Below, in pieces: positions 9,561 to 18,209 of a stretch of 46,346 nucleotides of DNA. Both the position numbers and the translations under genes were made by a program. The stretch lies in contig CAIPHR010000054.1 in NCBI GenBank assembly GCA_903864905.1, positions 1-46,346 on the forward strand, in the 5' to 3' direction. Within the stretch, counting starts at the first letter, position 1; every line of letters starts with the position of its first letter. A model generated the notes under the pieces. The model ran no database searches, was not told where the DNA came from, and saw only the letters and a program-made list of their open reading frames with translations. This DNA comes from an uncultured bacterium. Lineage in GTDB: Bacteria > Patescibacteriota > Minisyncoccia > Phycocordibacterales > PALSA-1337.

Positions 9561-10616
9561 TTACTTCGACTTTACATACCTCGTACTCCTTCCTAGACCA
9601 ATTCGTTCGATCAGTTTCAGCGATACGAGACGCGAGAAAGCTTGTTTAATAGTAACCTGCGGGATATGAACTAACCTAGCACTTACATCCATCACAGAGA
9701 GTGATTCCGTGCCATCAAAAAGCGTATATATCTCCGTCTGTCGTGGAGAAAGCAACTTGGTCGGATCATCGTTATCCATCAATTCTTTTGCCTTGGTTGC
9801 TTGTATCAGTAAAGCGTCAAGAAAGAAATTGACCCACGCGGTTAGATCTTCATTTTCTGTTTTATGAAGTTTTTGAGTCCGTCTCAAAGATGAATAGTAG
9901 TCATCCTTTCTTTCTTCGATGATTTCTTCTAATGAAACATATGGGGTGTATTCGTATCCAGCTTGCAGAAGCAACAGATTAGTGAGCGCACGAGAAAGTC
10001 GTCCGTTACCATCTGAAAATGGATGAATAGCGAGAAATTCAAAGATGAAATTAGCGATGATAAGCAACGGGTGCAATTTTTTTTCAGATATTGCTATGTT
10101 CGTCCAGTAGATGACATCGTCCATCTCTTTCTTTGTCAGCCATGCTTCGGTTGGTTTGAATATCACTGCTTGCTCACCTTGTCTATTCATAGCAACAACA
10201 AGATTTTCTCTAGTTTTGTATTTTCCTTTATGGAGATCATCCTTCCTTGAATAATGCAGTAGGATCTCATGGAATGAAAGGACAGTGGACTCAGAGAGTT
10301 TAAACTTTTTCCAGTTGTCGAACACTCTACCCAATAGATTGGCATATCCGGCCACTTCTTCTTCATCGCGATTCTCGGGAGGGTTTGACTTAAATGCGTT
10401 CAAAAAACGCTCAACTTCCTCATCTGTCATATTTGCACCCTCGATACGTGTAGAAGCACCCGTACTAGTAATAATGACGGATTTCTTTAGTCGACTGAGT
10501 ATCTGTGGATTGATATTCAAACCTCCACGCCAAAGACCCTTGAGCTCATCAATTTTGGTGATCTTTCCGAGGATTTCGGAAGTAAGTGGTATTCTTTTTT
10601 CATATCTTTCTTTCAT
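9561..10616 (-). CDS. Fic family protein with C-terminal winged helix
   Basis: HPFSDGNGRLSR Fic motif; STRIEG inhibitory-helix-like motif. Confidence 0.92.
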   Translation of the reverse strand: MKERYEKRIPLTSEILGKITKIDELKGLWRGGLNINPQILSRLKKSVIITSTGASTRIEGANMTDEEVERFLNAFKSNPPENRDEEEVAGYANLLGRVFDNWKKFKLSESTVLSFHEILLHYSRKDDLHKGKYKTRENLVVAMNRQGEQAVIFKPTEAWLTKKEMDDVIYWTNIAISEKKLHPLLIIANFIFEFLAIHPFSDGNGRLSRALTNLLLLQAGYEYTPYVSLEEIIEERKDDYYSSLRRTQKLHKTENEDLTAWVNFFLDALLIQATKAKELMDNDDPTKLLSPRQTEIYTLFDGTESLSVMDVSARLVHIPQVTIKQAFSRLVSLKLIERIGLGRSTRYVKSK

Positions 10617-10710
10617 AATATATTCATATAAATGTTATATATCCGATTGTATACGATTATATCCGAAAAGTCAAGCTTACTAGATTAATGCCATTAGTGA
10701 TGCTAATGCA

Positions 10711-10737
10711 GTTCCAACTTCGTACCACAACCCGCAC
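10711..10737 (+). repeat. att-like junction site G2
   Basis: gttccaacttcgtaccacaacccgcac. Confidence 0.9.
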
Positions 10738-10819
10738 AATTATATATGGCGTTCAGTTATACGAATATGTCGTACAACTGAGAGTTGTAAATTCATCGAT
10801 TTTGTGCAATAATTTGGAC

Positions 10820-11107
10820 ATGTCAATAGCAGAAATACAGAAAAAAATACATCCAGTTCTCAAGTCATATGGCGTTACCTATGCGGGTATTTTTGGCTCT
10901 ATCTCACGTGGTGAGGATCGACCAGACAGTGATGTTGATATCCTAGTTAAGCTCGGTAAACCGATGGGAATGTTTTCTTATATGAAATTGATCGGAGCTA
11001 TTGAAGGTCTCTTGGGGCGTAAAGTTGACATGGTTACAGAGCAAAGCTTGAGTAAATTTGTTCGACCATATGTAATGCCAGAATTAAAGACTATTTATGA
11101 AGGATGA
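10820..11107 (+). CDS. MNT nucleotidyltransferase antitoxin (copy 1)
   Basis: FGSISRGEDRPDSDVDILV; LLGRKVDMVT; start placed at MSIAE. Confidence 0.9.
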   Translation: MSIAEIQKKIHPVLKSYGVTYAGIFGSISRGEDRPDSDVDILVKLGKPMGMFSYMKLIGAIEGLLGRKVDMVTEQSLSKFVRPYVMPELKTIYEG

Positions 11108-11420
11108 GAAGGTCTACATAGAACAGATGTTGGATTCGGTCTCGAAGATCGAAGCGTTCACTCATGGCATGAAGAGGGAAGATTTCATGAATGATTCGAA
11201 AACGCAAAGTGCCGTCATCATGCAGTTGACTGTGATAGGTGAATTGGTCAAGAAGCTTTCTTCGAAGACAAAGGAGTCGAGTGATATACCATGGAAAGAG
11301 ATTGCCGGATTTAGAGATCGAGCGATTCATCACTATTTTGGAATGGATCTGAATGTGATCTGGGATACTGTGGTCTTAGATGTACCAGTTCTGAAGGTGG
11401 CACTTATGAAGTTGTCATAG
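11097..11420 (+). CDS. HEPN/DUF86 RNase toxin (copy 1)
   Basis: IPWKEIAGFRDRAIHHY (RxxxxH); overlaps the MNT gene. Confidence 0.9.
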   Translation: MKDEKVYIEQMLDSVSKIEAFTHGMKREDFMNDSKTQSAVIMQLTVIGELVKKLSSKTKESSDIPWKEIAGFRDRAIHHYFGMDLNVIWDTVVLDVPVLKVALMKLS

Positions 11421-12899
11421 GGTGGTTCCAACTTCGTACCACAACCCGCACTGAGTAAAAATATCACCATTTTTTGGAGCTTTTGCCAGTATGTCATAAG
11501 GACTTCTGTAGCTCACCTGAGCGATTTTTCTGTCTTTGACTGAAAGGTTCCAAAGTAATTCAGAGACGATATTTCGTTTTTCTTCATCCGGTGCCTTCAA
11601 GTAATCTGCAATGGCTCTACTGCCTTGCATAAATATCTTTTTGATCGGTTCCAAGGTAGAAACGGCCTGTTTGGATTTCATGTCAGCGATCTGTTTTTCC
11701 AGAGAAATGCGGTTGTTATGAATTTCCAAGATCTTAACATCGTAAATTTCTTTTGAGATTTGATCAGCTAGAAATGTATCGAGTAACTTGGATTCTTTCG
11801 TCTTGAGCGATTCTAGCTGTTTTACAAGGTTGTCTAATGAGCGATTGAGATATTCGGAATCGGCATCGATCCTTTCTTTGGCGGCACGATACATCAGATC
11901 GATTTTCTGTTCGCTGAATTGAAGCGGGCTTAATATTTCAGCTACTTTTTCATCGAGGTAAGTTTCTCGCATATATTTGGTATGTTCCTGACAGTTTCCC
12001 TTGGCATTGGTGCAGTAATAATACTGATGACCTTTTTTGAGTGATGCCGTTAATGAGCAACCGCAATTTTCGCATTTCAAGAATCCTCGTAATGGGAAGA
12101 AGTGAGTTTGTGGCCTTGGATGCAGTTTGCCTTGTAAGACCAGTTGAGCTTTGTCGAATAGGTCCTTGCTAATAAGTGGCTCATGGTTGCCCGGATAGTA
12201 TTTACCATCGCGGAGCATGAGACCGGAATAGAATGGATTGGTTATGATCCTGTGAATGTGACCACGATAGATTTTCTTGCCACAAGTGTTTCGCAGACCT
12301 TCGTTGTAGAGAATATTGGCGATCTCTGTGAAGCCGTGAATGCCGGCGGCGTATAGTTCAAACATGCGTAGAACGTATTTTGATCTTGAATGGTCGATTG
12401 TAATTGAGGCGGTAGCCTTGTCGTTTAGATATCCGAATGGGGCATGATTAGGCCAGCCACCTTTTTCTAGTTTGGCTCGATTGCCACGCTTTACATTCAC
12501 ACTCAGATCTCTGCTGAATTGATTAGCCATACCAAATTGCATAGCCATAATAAAGGCGCTTTCGTTTGGTAAATGTGTGGCTTCATAAGTCCGGATCTCT
12601 TTGATGACGCCTTTCTGAAGCATATCCATGATGAGTCCACCGTCTAGGAAATTACGAGCTAAACGATCTAGCTTCCAACAGAGAATTGCATCTGCTTTTC
12701 CGGTTGTAATCATTTGAATGACTTCATTGAATATGGGACGACCGGCTTCTTTGGCTGTACGGCTTTCTTTGAAGACTTTGATGACGTTCAGATTGGACTT
12801 GCCGGCTATATCGAGTAGCTCTTTTTCCTGTGAATCGAGTGACAGTACTTGCTTGTCTTCTGAATCGGTTGATTTTCTGCAGTAGAGAATATATTTCAT
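11415..12899 (-). CDS. Large serine recombinase (integrase 2)
   Basis: YCRKS, KLDRLARN, CENCG Zn ribbon; close paralogue of integrase 1; reads through site G3. Confidence 0.93.
   Translation of the reverse strand: MKYILYCRKSTDSEDKQVLSLDSQEKELLDIAGKSNLNVIKVFKESRTAKEAGRPIFNEVIQMITTGKADAILCWKLDRLARNFLDGGLIMDMLQKGVIKEIRTYEATHLPNESAFIMAMQFGMANQFSRDLSVNVKRGNRAKLEKGGWPNHAPFGYLNDKATASITIDHSRSKYVLRMFELYAAGIHGFTEIANILYNEGLRNTCGKKIYRGHIHRIITNPFYSGLMLRDGKYYPGNHEPLISKDLFDKAQLVLQGKLHPRPQTHFFPLRGFLKCENCGCSLTASLKKGHQYYYCTNAKGNCQEHTKYMRETYLDEKVAEILSPLQFSEQKIDLMYRAAKERIDADSEYLNRSLDNLVKQLESLKTKESKLLDTFLADQISKEIYDVKILEIHNNRISLEKQIADMKSKQAVSTLEPIKKIFMQGSRAIADYLKAPDEEKRNIVSELLWNLSVKDRKIAQVSYRSPYDILAKAPKNGDIFTQCGLWYEVGTTL
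11424..11451 (+). repeat. att-like junction site G3 (encodes the C-terminus of integrase 2)
   Basis: ggttccaacttcgtaccacaacccgcac, read as CGLWYEVGT on the minus strand. Confidence 0.92.
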
Positions 12900-12986
12900 G
12901 AATTTAATTAGTTATGGTTGATAATGAGATTAAAGTTGGTGACATTTTACTCCTCGAAAATGTTTTGCACAAATTTTGTAATATTT

Positions 12987-13724
12987 TCATGGTGATTTCT
13001 GATATGTTTTCTTGGTAATCTCTCCCATGAATATGCTTGGTCGTGTCCATTCTTTGATCGGCTTTTCTTTTTCATAACGGCGAGCCAATTCTTTTGCCAT
13101 ATCACCCCGGATGACGATCTCCTTTGGAAAGCTGTGCGATATCCGTAGCATTCTCATGGCGTTGAAGAGGATTTGGTTGCTCCCTTTGGTAATGTACTTG
13201 CTGATGTAATATGCCAAGCGTCCAGATCCATTAGTTTTTGTCGCATCCATAAAGCCCTCTCCCCATAATTTAGCGAGGGTACGATCTTTTCGTTCATCTC
13301 CATGCGAAATACACCGTTTACCTTGGCGCGTATCACCGAGAGACAACGGCACGTTAAAGAGTAAGCCATGAAAGTGGATCCTTCCTCTTGGGGAGAGTTC
13401 GGGAATAAATAATGACTGCGCAAGAGGATATTTAGCTCGCAACCGCACTTGGAAACTGCGTAAGGAATTATTTGCATAGGAGGCATCTGATGCGTCGCCG
13501 TGAAAGGTGAGTGTGACCAGAAGCGGGCATCCATACTCTTCAAGAGCAGAAAACACCCTCCGCACACATATCTGCCTTGTCCTTCGAATATTATCGGGTC
13601 GCCTAAGGCCGTATATGGGATTCCTTCGTCTCGCAAAGTATACGCGCACTTTGCGCGGGTGCGGTTCCTTCTCAATCTTGGTGATTTCGACGATTTCTCC
13701 ATATTTCTTGTAAATGAAGTGCAT
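12987..13724 (-). CDS. HUH-type rolling-circle replication initiator
   Basis: Motif I LVTLTF, motif II RGRIHFHGLL, W-G-x-G-F, motif III YYISKYITK. Confidence 0.85.
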   Translation of the reverse strand: MHFIYKKYGEIVEITKIEKEPHPRKVRVYFARRRNPIYGLRRPDNIRRTRQICVRRVFSALEEYGCPLLVTLTFHGDASDASYANNSLRSFQVRLRAKYPLAQSLFIPELSPRGRIHFHGLLFNVPLSLGDTRQGKRCISHGDERKDRTLAKLWGEGFMDATKTNGSGRLAYYISKYITKGSNQILFNAMRMLRISHSFPKEIVIRGDMAKELARRYEKEKPIKEWTRPSIFMGEITKKTYQKSP

Positions 13725-13730
13725 AGTGAG

Positions 13731-13946
13731 TTACTTACAACTATGAGGGGATATCAAGTCAGGCGAAGCGCCGCCCGGAGCTTCGCATACCGGGACGGCG
13801 CCTTCTATCCTCGCAAAGGTTAAATACAACCGAGCGAATGAGTCCAGATATTCAATTGCCGTTTCAGCAGAAATGTCGACCCCATTTTCCTCTTTGAAGC
13901 TTTTGATGCAGTCTTGTATTAAGTTTTGCGAAAAAGTTAATGGCAT
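13731..13946 (-). CDS. Small conserved protein upstream of rep
   Basis: Homologous to 3471-3707 and in the same position. Confidence 0.75.
   Translation of the reverse strand: MPLTFSQNLIQDCIKSFKEENGVDISAETAIEYLDSFARLYLTFARIEGAVPVCEAPGGASPDLISPHSCK
13751..13805 (-). other. Candidate double-strand origin of element 2
   Basis: ACTTGATAT on the minus strand (13751-13759) matches the phiX174/pC194-type CTTGATA nick motif; adjacent GC hairpin 13765-13805. Confidence 0.6.
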
Positions 13947-14013
13947 GAAAAAACCCGATATTGGGTCGGGTTCATTATCATTCCTTGGCGTTACGGGATT
14001 GTACGGGTACGGC

Positions 14014-14928
14014 TTACAGATACTCTTTGTTTACATGCGCATAACCGGTTTTACCGGATTTAATGAACAAGAAATTGCTCACGCCAGCCTGTTTGCTCAC
14101 TTTGGTGTTAACATCGTTGCAGGCTCTGTACATTGACCGCCAACCTTTGTCATCATTCTGGAACTTATCGTTCAGAATATCAGTGTAAAACGATTGGGCG
14201 TCCAAGCCTTCGTTATTTCCAAAGATATATTCAAGGACGAAATGAGAATTTGGCTTATCGTTCTTTTGCTTTATTTTCACTACTTTGCCACCGATCTTCA
14301 ATTCACTTCTATCTGAGTCAAAATCATCGCGATTAACCTTTAACTTTGCTTCATTGGCAGGCTGCATCGTTTCAGTAGATTCCAATTCAATCGGAGCTTT
14401 CAAAACTAAAGATTCCGGTGGCTTCGTCATGTTATCAAGCAATCCCTTAACCAAAGCCGTGTGCAATTTTTCCATGTAATCGGCAACGTCTCCCATTGAA
14501 AATGAATATCGAACTCTAATCCAGACCACCTTGAGAAATTGCCATGCAGTGCCATCGTTGCTGTACGCCAGAGCTTGACCGGTCGTACAATCTTCTGAGG
14601 AATGATCTGGTGATTCCCAATACACTTTCATGGGAGTAAATATGTTTCGCTTGAGAATGTCGTAACAGCCGGAAAGCGAATGCTTCTTGATCTTGTATAC
14701 CACTTTTTCCTTGTCTTTTGGAGCCAACTTACCTTCCCAATCAATGATCATTATCCTACCTTCAACATCCTTCTTGTCCTTGTCGATTAGATCTTGAACA
14801 TCCTTCCGGTTATCAATTAGATCGAAGTATTCATAAACCTTCTTAAAAGAGCTGTAAAGTCTCTTGTTATTTTTGACTTCAAGAAATTCATTGTATTTTA
14901 GATTAAGCTGTGAGATCACGAGATCCAT
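14014..14928 (-). CDS. Hypothetical protein, possible C-terminal winged-helix DNA-binding domain
   Basis: 304-aa ORF; C-terminal WRSMYRACNDVNTKV...G.A.VN pattern. Confidence 0.55.
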   Translation of the reverse strand: MDLVISQLNLKYNEFLEVKNNKRLYSSFKKVYEYFDLIDNRKDVQDLIDKDKKDVEGRIMIIDWEGKLAPKDKEKVVYKIKKHSLSGCYDILKRNIFTPMKVYWESPDHSSEDCTTGQALAYSNDGTAWQFLKVVWIRVRYSFSMGDVADYMEKLHTALVKGLLDNMTKPPESLVLKAPIELESTETMQPANEAKLKVNRDDFDSDRSELKIGGKVVKIKQKNDKPNSHFVLEYIFGNNEGLDAQSFYTDILNDKFQNDDKGWRSMYRACNDVNTKVSKQAGVSNFLFIKSGKTGYAHVNKEYL

Positions 14929-14977
14929 ACCAATAGTTTACCATTATCAAAACAGCAGTAAAAACGAGTGAAAGTGG

Positions 14978-15273
14978 CGCCACCCACCCACTGCCTTTTC
15001 CGTGCAGGAATGCGTGAGTCGCGACTAACCTTTGTGGCTAAAGAATGACTATGGAAGCGGTGATGTCGCTTCAAAGAGAGCCTGTGGCGCGCCTTTCGCA
15101 CACATCCGTATGTTTCCGCGCATTCCCCCAGTTGCTAGTCGCAACAGGGGTGCGCTCTCAACATACCGATGTGTGCGAGGCGCGAATTACACTCCGTGAG
15201 TGAAGCGACACACACCGCTTCCTCTGCGCGACATCACGCATACCTGCACTCCAAAGTCAGTCGGAGGGTGGCG
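14978..15273. other. 296-bp foldback homologous to 3970-4284
   Basis: Nested inverted repeats; shares gtggcgcc...ggcgaa ends and internal ctgtggcgcgccttt. Confidence 0.75.
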
Positions 15274-15336
15274 AAGAATCTCTGTTGCACATCGCCCACA
15301 TAAATCCGTTTTTCTGTTATAATAATAAGTACTTTT

Positions 15337-16113
15337 ATGAAACCACACCTTCTCTTGGTTCACTCATTTCCAACTAACAGTATATTGCTTCGTGGATTAG
15401 AAGAATTTCTAGCTGATTATTTTACCGTCCACTTTATAGACCTCCCGGGATTTCATAAAGATATTCCGCCCCTTCAGGGTTCCATAACCTTAAGGAAGTT
15501 CTCGAATTATTTTGATCAAAAAGTCCAGGAATTAGATGCGGATGAATATGTGGTCGGTGGTGTCTCATTTGGTTTTCTGGTTATTAATAACGCGAAACTA
15601 GACAAGAGATGCAAAGCCATTTTGGCTATGGAGCCGTTCATAAATAACCAGTGTCTAAATCTCTCTCTATGGACAAAAGAAAAATACATGGCGATCACCC
15701 AGATCTTGGGACTAATCCATACTCTTGGTCTGGAAACGCATATTTGGAAGTCCGACTGGTTCAATAAATATTTACAGGAAGAGTCAGATTATCCCAAGGA
15801 AAGAGTCGATACCATAATAAATCATATCGATCCCAGAACATTCTTCGCGGTCACAAAGCTTTTATTGAGTTACAAAGACAATCCTAAGTTTCACAAACTA
15901 CCGTACTTTTTGGTAGGAAATTTCGCCGATAAAACTATTAACTTCGACAAAGTTGTGGAGATTTTTATTAAGAACCTACATGAATTGCATATCACATCTG
16001 AACCGATTGATCATTACCCAAAAGATCTGACAAAGAATTATTTTAAGACAAGAATACCGAATGAGCACATAGGTCGAATGCTAGCCTGTATTAAGGGAGT
16101 TGAAACGGGATAG
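15337..16113 (+). CDS. Alpha/beta hydrolase fold protein
   Basis: LLLVHSF, IDLPGF, nucleophile elbow GVSFG. Confidence 0.8.
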   Translation: MKPHLLLVHSFPTNSILLRGLEEFLADYFTVHFIDLPGFHKDIPPLQGSITLRKFSNYFDQKVQELDADEYVVGGVSFGFLVINNAKLDKRCKAILAMEPFINNQCLNLSLWTKEKYMAITQILGLIHTLGLETHIWKSDWFNKYLQEESDYPKERVDTIINHIDPRTFFAVTKLLLSYKDNPKFHKLPYFLVGNFADKTINFDKVVEIFIKNLHELHITSEPIDHYPKDLTKNYFKTRIPNEHIGRMLACIKGVETG

Positions 16114-16214
16114 GTAAATACTATTCGGATGTCATGCAAAGATCTAGGGTTGTTGAGATTTATGACGATGTTATAATATGCATGAATTATTATTCACTTA
16201 TAATTTGTAAATAT

Positions 16215-16640
16215 ATGCACAATGAGCAAATACCAAAACAAGCGGATAAATATGAGAAAAAAGTAGAGGTAGTATCAGAAGGAGGAGGAGAAAAAGGACC
16301 AGAGGTTCAGAATAAATCTTTTTTTGTTAATGGCTGTGAGCTAAATGCAAAGGTCTCTGTTGATCCTAATAATAATATTTCTTTCGCGGAAGATATTGAC
16401 ATGGGAGGGGATGTTCCAAACTTTCTAAGTTCTTTTATGGATGAATTCGACTTGAGAGTGTTATTTGATGCTGGAATACTTAAGAAAGGCAATCCTGCGA
16501 GTTGTAAAAGTAAATATGGTCTGGGTGGAGATGGTTATAGCGGCTACATACTTATTAATAAGGATGAGATTAATGATGCAGTTAAAAGTGGAAAGTTAAA
16601 GATTAGGCTGGATGAGGATGGTAACATAGAGGTTTTGTAA
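16215..16640 (+). CDS. Hypothetical protein
   Basis: Open frame after TGTTATAAT; start uncertain. Confidence 0.45.
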   Translation: MHNEQIPKQADKYEKKVEVVSEGGGEKGPEVQNKSFFVNGCELNAKVSVDPNNNISFAEDIDMGGDVPNFLSSFMDEFDLRVLFDAGILKKGNPASCKSKYGLGGDGYSGYILINKDEINDAVKSGKLKIRLDEDGNIEVL

Positions 16641-16758
16641 AACAAAAATATTTCATACTATGAAGTGTGGTCTTCATAAAGTCGCACCTGCCATTAGTAT
16701 GTACCAATGGAGTCGAGACAGGACAATATTCAGTTTCGTTATATGATAGAATAATTCC

Positions 16759-17094
16759 ATGGTTATATTTACAATAATTCCTGCTTGGATATGGATAGCT
16801 ATATCAGCAATCTTTTTCGCCGTTGGAGAATTTATATCAAAAAAATTTGCCATTAGTCCTGGATGGACGCTGTTTTTGACATTTATTATTGTAGATATAA
16901 TCAGCGCCTCAGCTTGGATACCGGCAATTGTTCAAAAAAATCAACTATCAATAACAGGTGTTGTTTGGTCAATTGTTTCTCTGATAGCTACAGTATTGAT
17001 CGGGATACTTGTTTTCAATGAGAAATTTACATTGACTCAATCAATTGGCTTAGCGATAGGGTTTGTATCAGTCATTCTGTTGAGCATGAAATAG
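16759..17094 (+). CDS. SMR/EamA-like small four-TM transporter
   Basis: Four hydrophobic helices, GILVFNEK motif. Confidence 0.75.
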   Translation: MVIFTIIPAWIWIAISAIFFAVGEFISKKFAISPGWTLFLTFIIVDIISASAWIPAIVQKNQLSITGVVWSIVSLIATVLIGILVFNEKFTLTQSIGLAIGFVSVILLSMK

Positions 17095-17162
17095 GAATGG
17101 CTGATATAGCGATATTTGGCCATTATTCCTCATTTTGCTATCACTTGGTCATGTTCAATGCC

Positions 17163-17195
17163 AAAAAGGTTCCAACATTGTCCCAGACGGCGCAC
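17163..17195 (+). repeat. att-like junction site, variant type shared with the tRNA-Leu array
   Basis: aaaaaggttccaacattgtcccagacggcgcac; reverse complement of the sites at 34074, 36129 and 38108. Confidence 0.85.
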
Positions 17196-17282
17196 ATTAA
17201 AATTCGAGCTAATTCGGAATAGCGCACTAATTATATTCGTCGTCAATATTAATTTATTATTTTGGTGTGAGAAAATTGGAGC

Positions 17283-18116
17283 ATGAATAATCACGAAACA
17301 AAATCAATTGCATTATTTCAATCTCATGAGGTCAGGAGGACATGGCATAACGAGCGATGGTATTTTGTTGTGGAAGATGTTGTACTGGTTCTTACTGGTA
17401 GTCATAATGTGAAGGATTATATTACGAAGATGAAGGAACGTGATCCATTACTCAATCAAGGGTACGGACAATTTGTCAGTACCCTTCGTGTAGAGACGAG
17501 AGGTGGTCCACAAAAGATGAATTGTGCCGATGTACAAGGAATCTTACGTATTATCCAATCCATTCCATCTCCAAATGCTGAACCATTTAAACTCTGGCTT
17601 GCCCAGGTTGGTAGGGAGAGAATTGACGAGATTCGAGACCCTGAACTCGCTGTAAATCGTGCCAAGGCTATCTATGAGAAAAAGGGATACCCAAAAGATT
17701 GGATTGATAAAAGACTACGAGGTATCAATGTTCGTAATACTCTAACAGATGAATGGAAAGCTCGAGGGCTTAAGGAAGGAAAGGAGTTTGCTATTTTAAC
17801 GGATGAGATCTACAAAGGCACATTTGATTTTACAGCGCAGGAATACAAGAAGCACAAGTCGCTTTCAAAGGATAACAATCTTCGTGATCATATGGAAGAC
17901 TTGGAACTAATTCTAACTATGCTTGGAGAAGCCACAACTACGAGGCTAACCAAGGAAAGAGATTCTGACGAGTTCAGGAAGATGCACAAAGATGCCAAGG
18001 AAGGCGGTGAGGTTGCTGGTAAGACAAGATTTGATATAGAAGGCAGGATTGGGAAGAAGATAGTTAGTAAGAAGAATTTTCTTCCGAAGAATGGTGAAAA
18101 CAGCCTTATTGGGTGA
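17283..18116 (+). CDS. Bro-N domain (phage antirepressor-like) protein
   Basis: VRRTW..ERWYFVVEDVV, RIIQSIPSPNAEPFKLWLA, NLRDHM. Confidence 0.88.
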   Translation: MNNHETKSIALFQSHEVRRTWHNERWYFVVEDVVLVLTGSHNVKDYITKMKERDPLLNQGYGQFVSTLRVETRGGPQKMNCADVQGILRIIQSIPSPNAEPFKLWLAQVGRERIDEIRDPELAVNRAKAIYEKKGYPKDWIDKRLRGINVRNTLTDEWKARGLKEGKEFAILTDEIYKGTFDFTAQEYKKHKSLSKDNNLRDHMEDLELILTMLGEATTTRLTKERDSDEFRKMHKDAKEGGEVAGKTRFDIEGRIGKKIVSKKNFLPKNGENSLIG

Positions 18117-18122
18117 CGTTCT

Positions 18123-18165
18123 CGCGCATCACATTCCCGAAAGGGATGGAGAATGCGGAGGCGAA
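18123..18165 (+). repeat. Remnant right arm of the element-1-type foldback
   Basis: cgcgcatcacattcccgaaagggatggagaatgcggaggcgaa vs 4244-4286, 2 mismatches. Confidence 0.85.
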
Positions 18166-18209
18166 GAAAATCCCCCTTTTTTATCTAAAACGTGGTATAG
18201 TTTTGATAT

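Larger units (their letters stand above)
11444..17195 (-). mobile_element. Element 2: ~5.7-kb integrative rolling-circle element
   Basis: Same gene order as element 1; right boundary is the site at 17163-17195 or alternatively G4 at 19709. Confidence 0.7.

Noticed and set aside
938-17195. Inovirus or other prophage
   Set aside because: No Zot-like ATPase, coat, capsid, terminase or tail genes recognised
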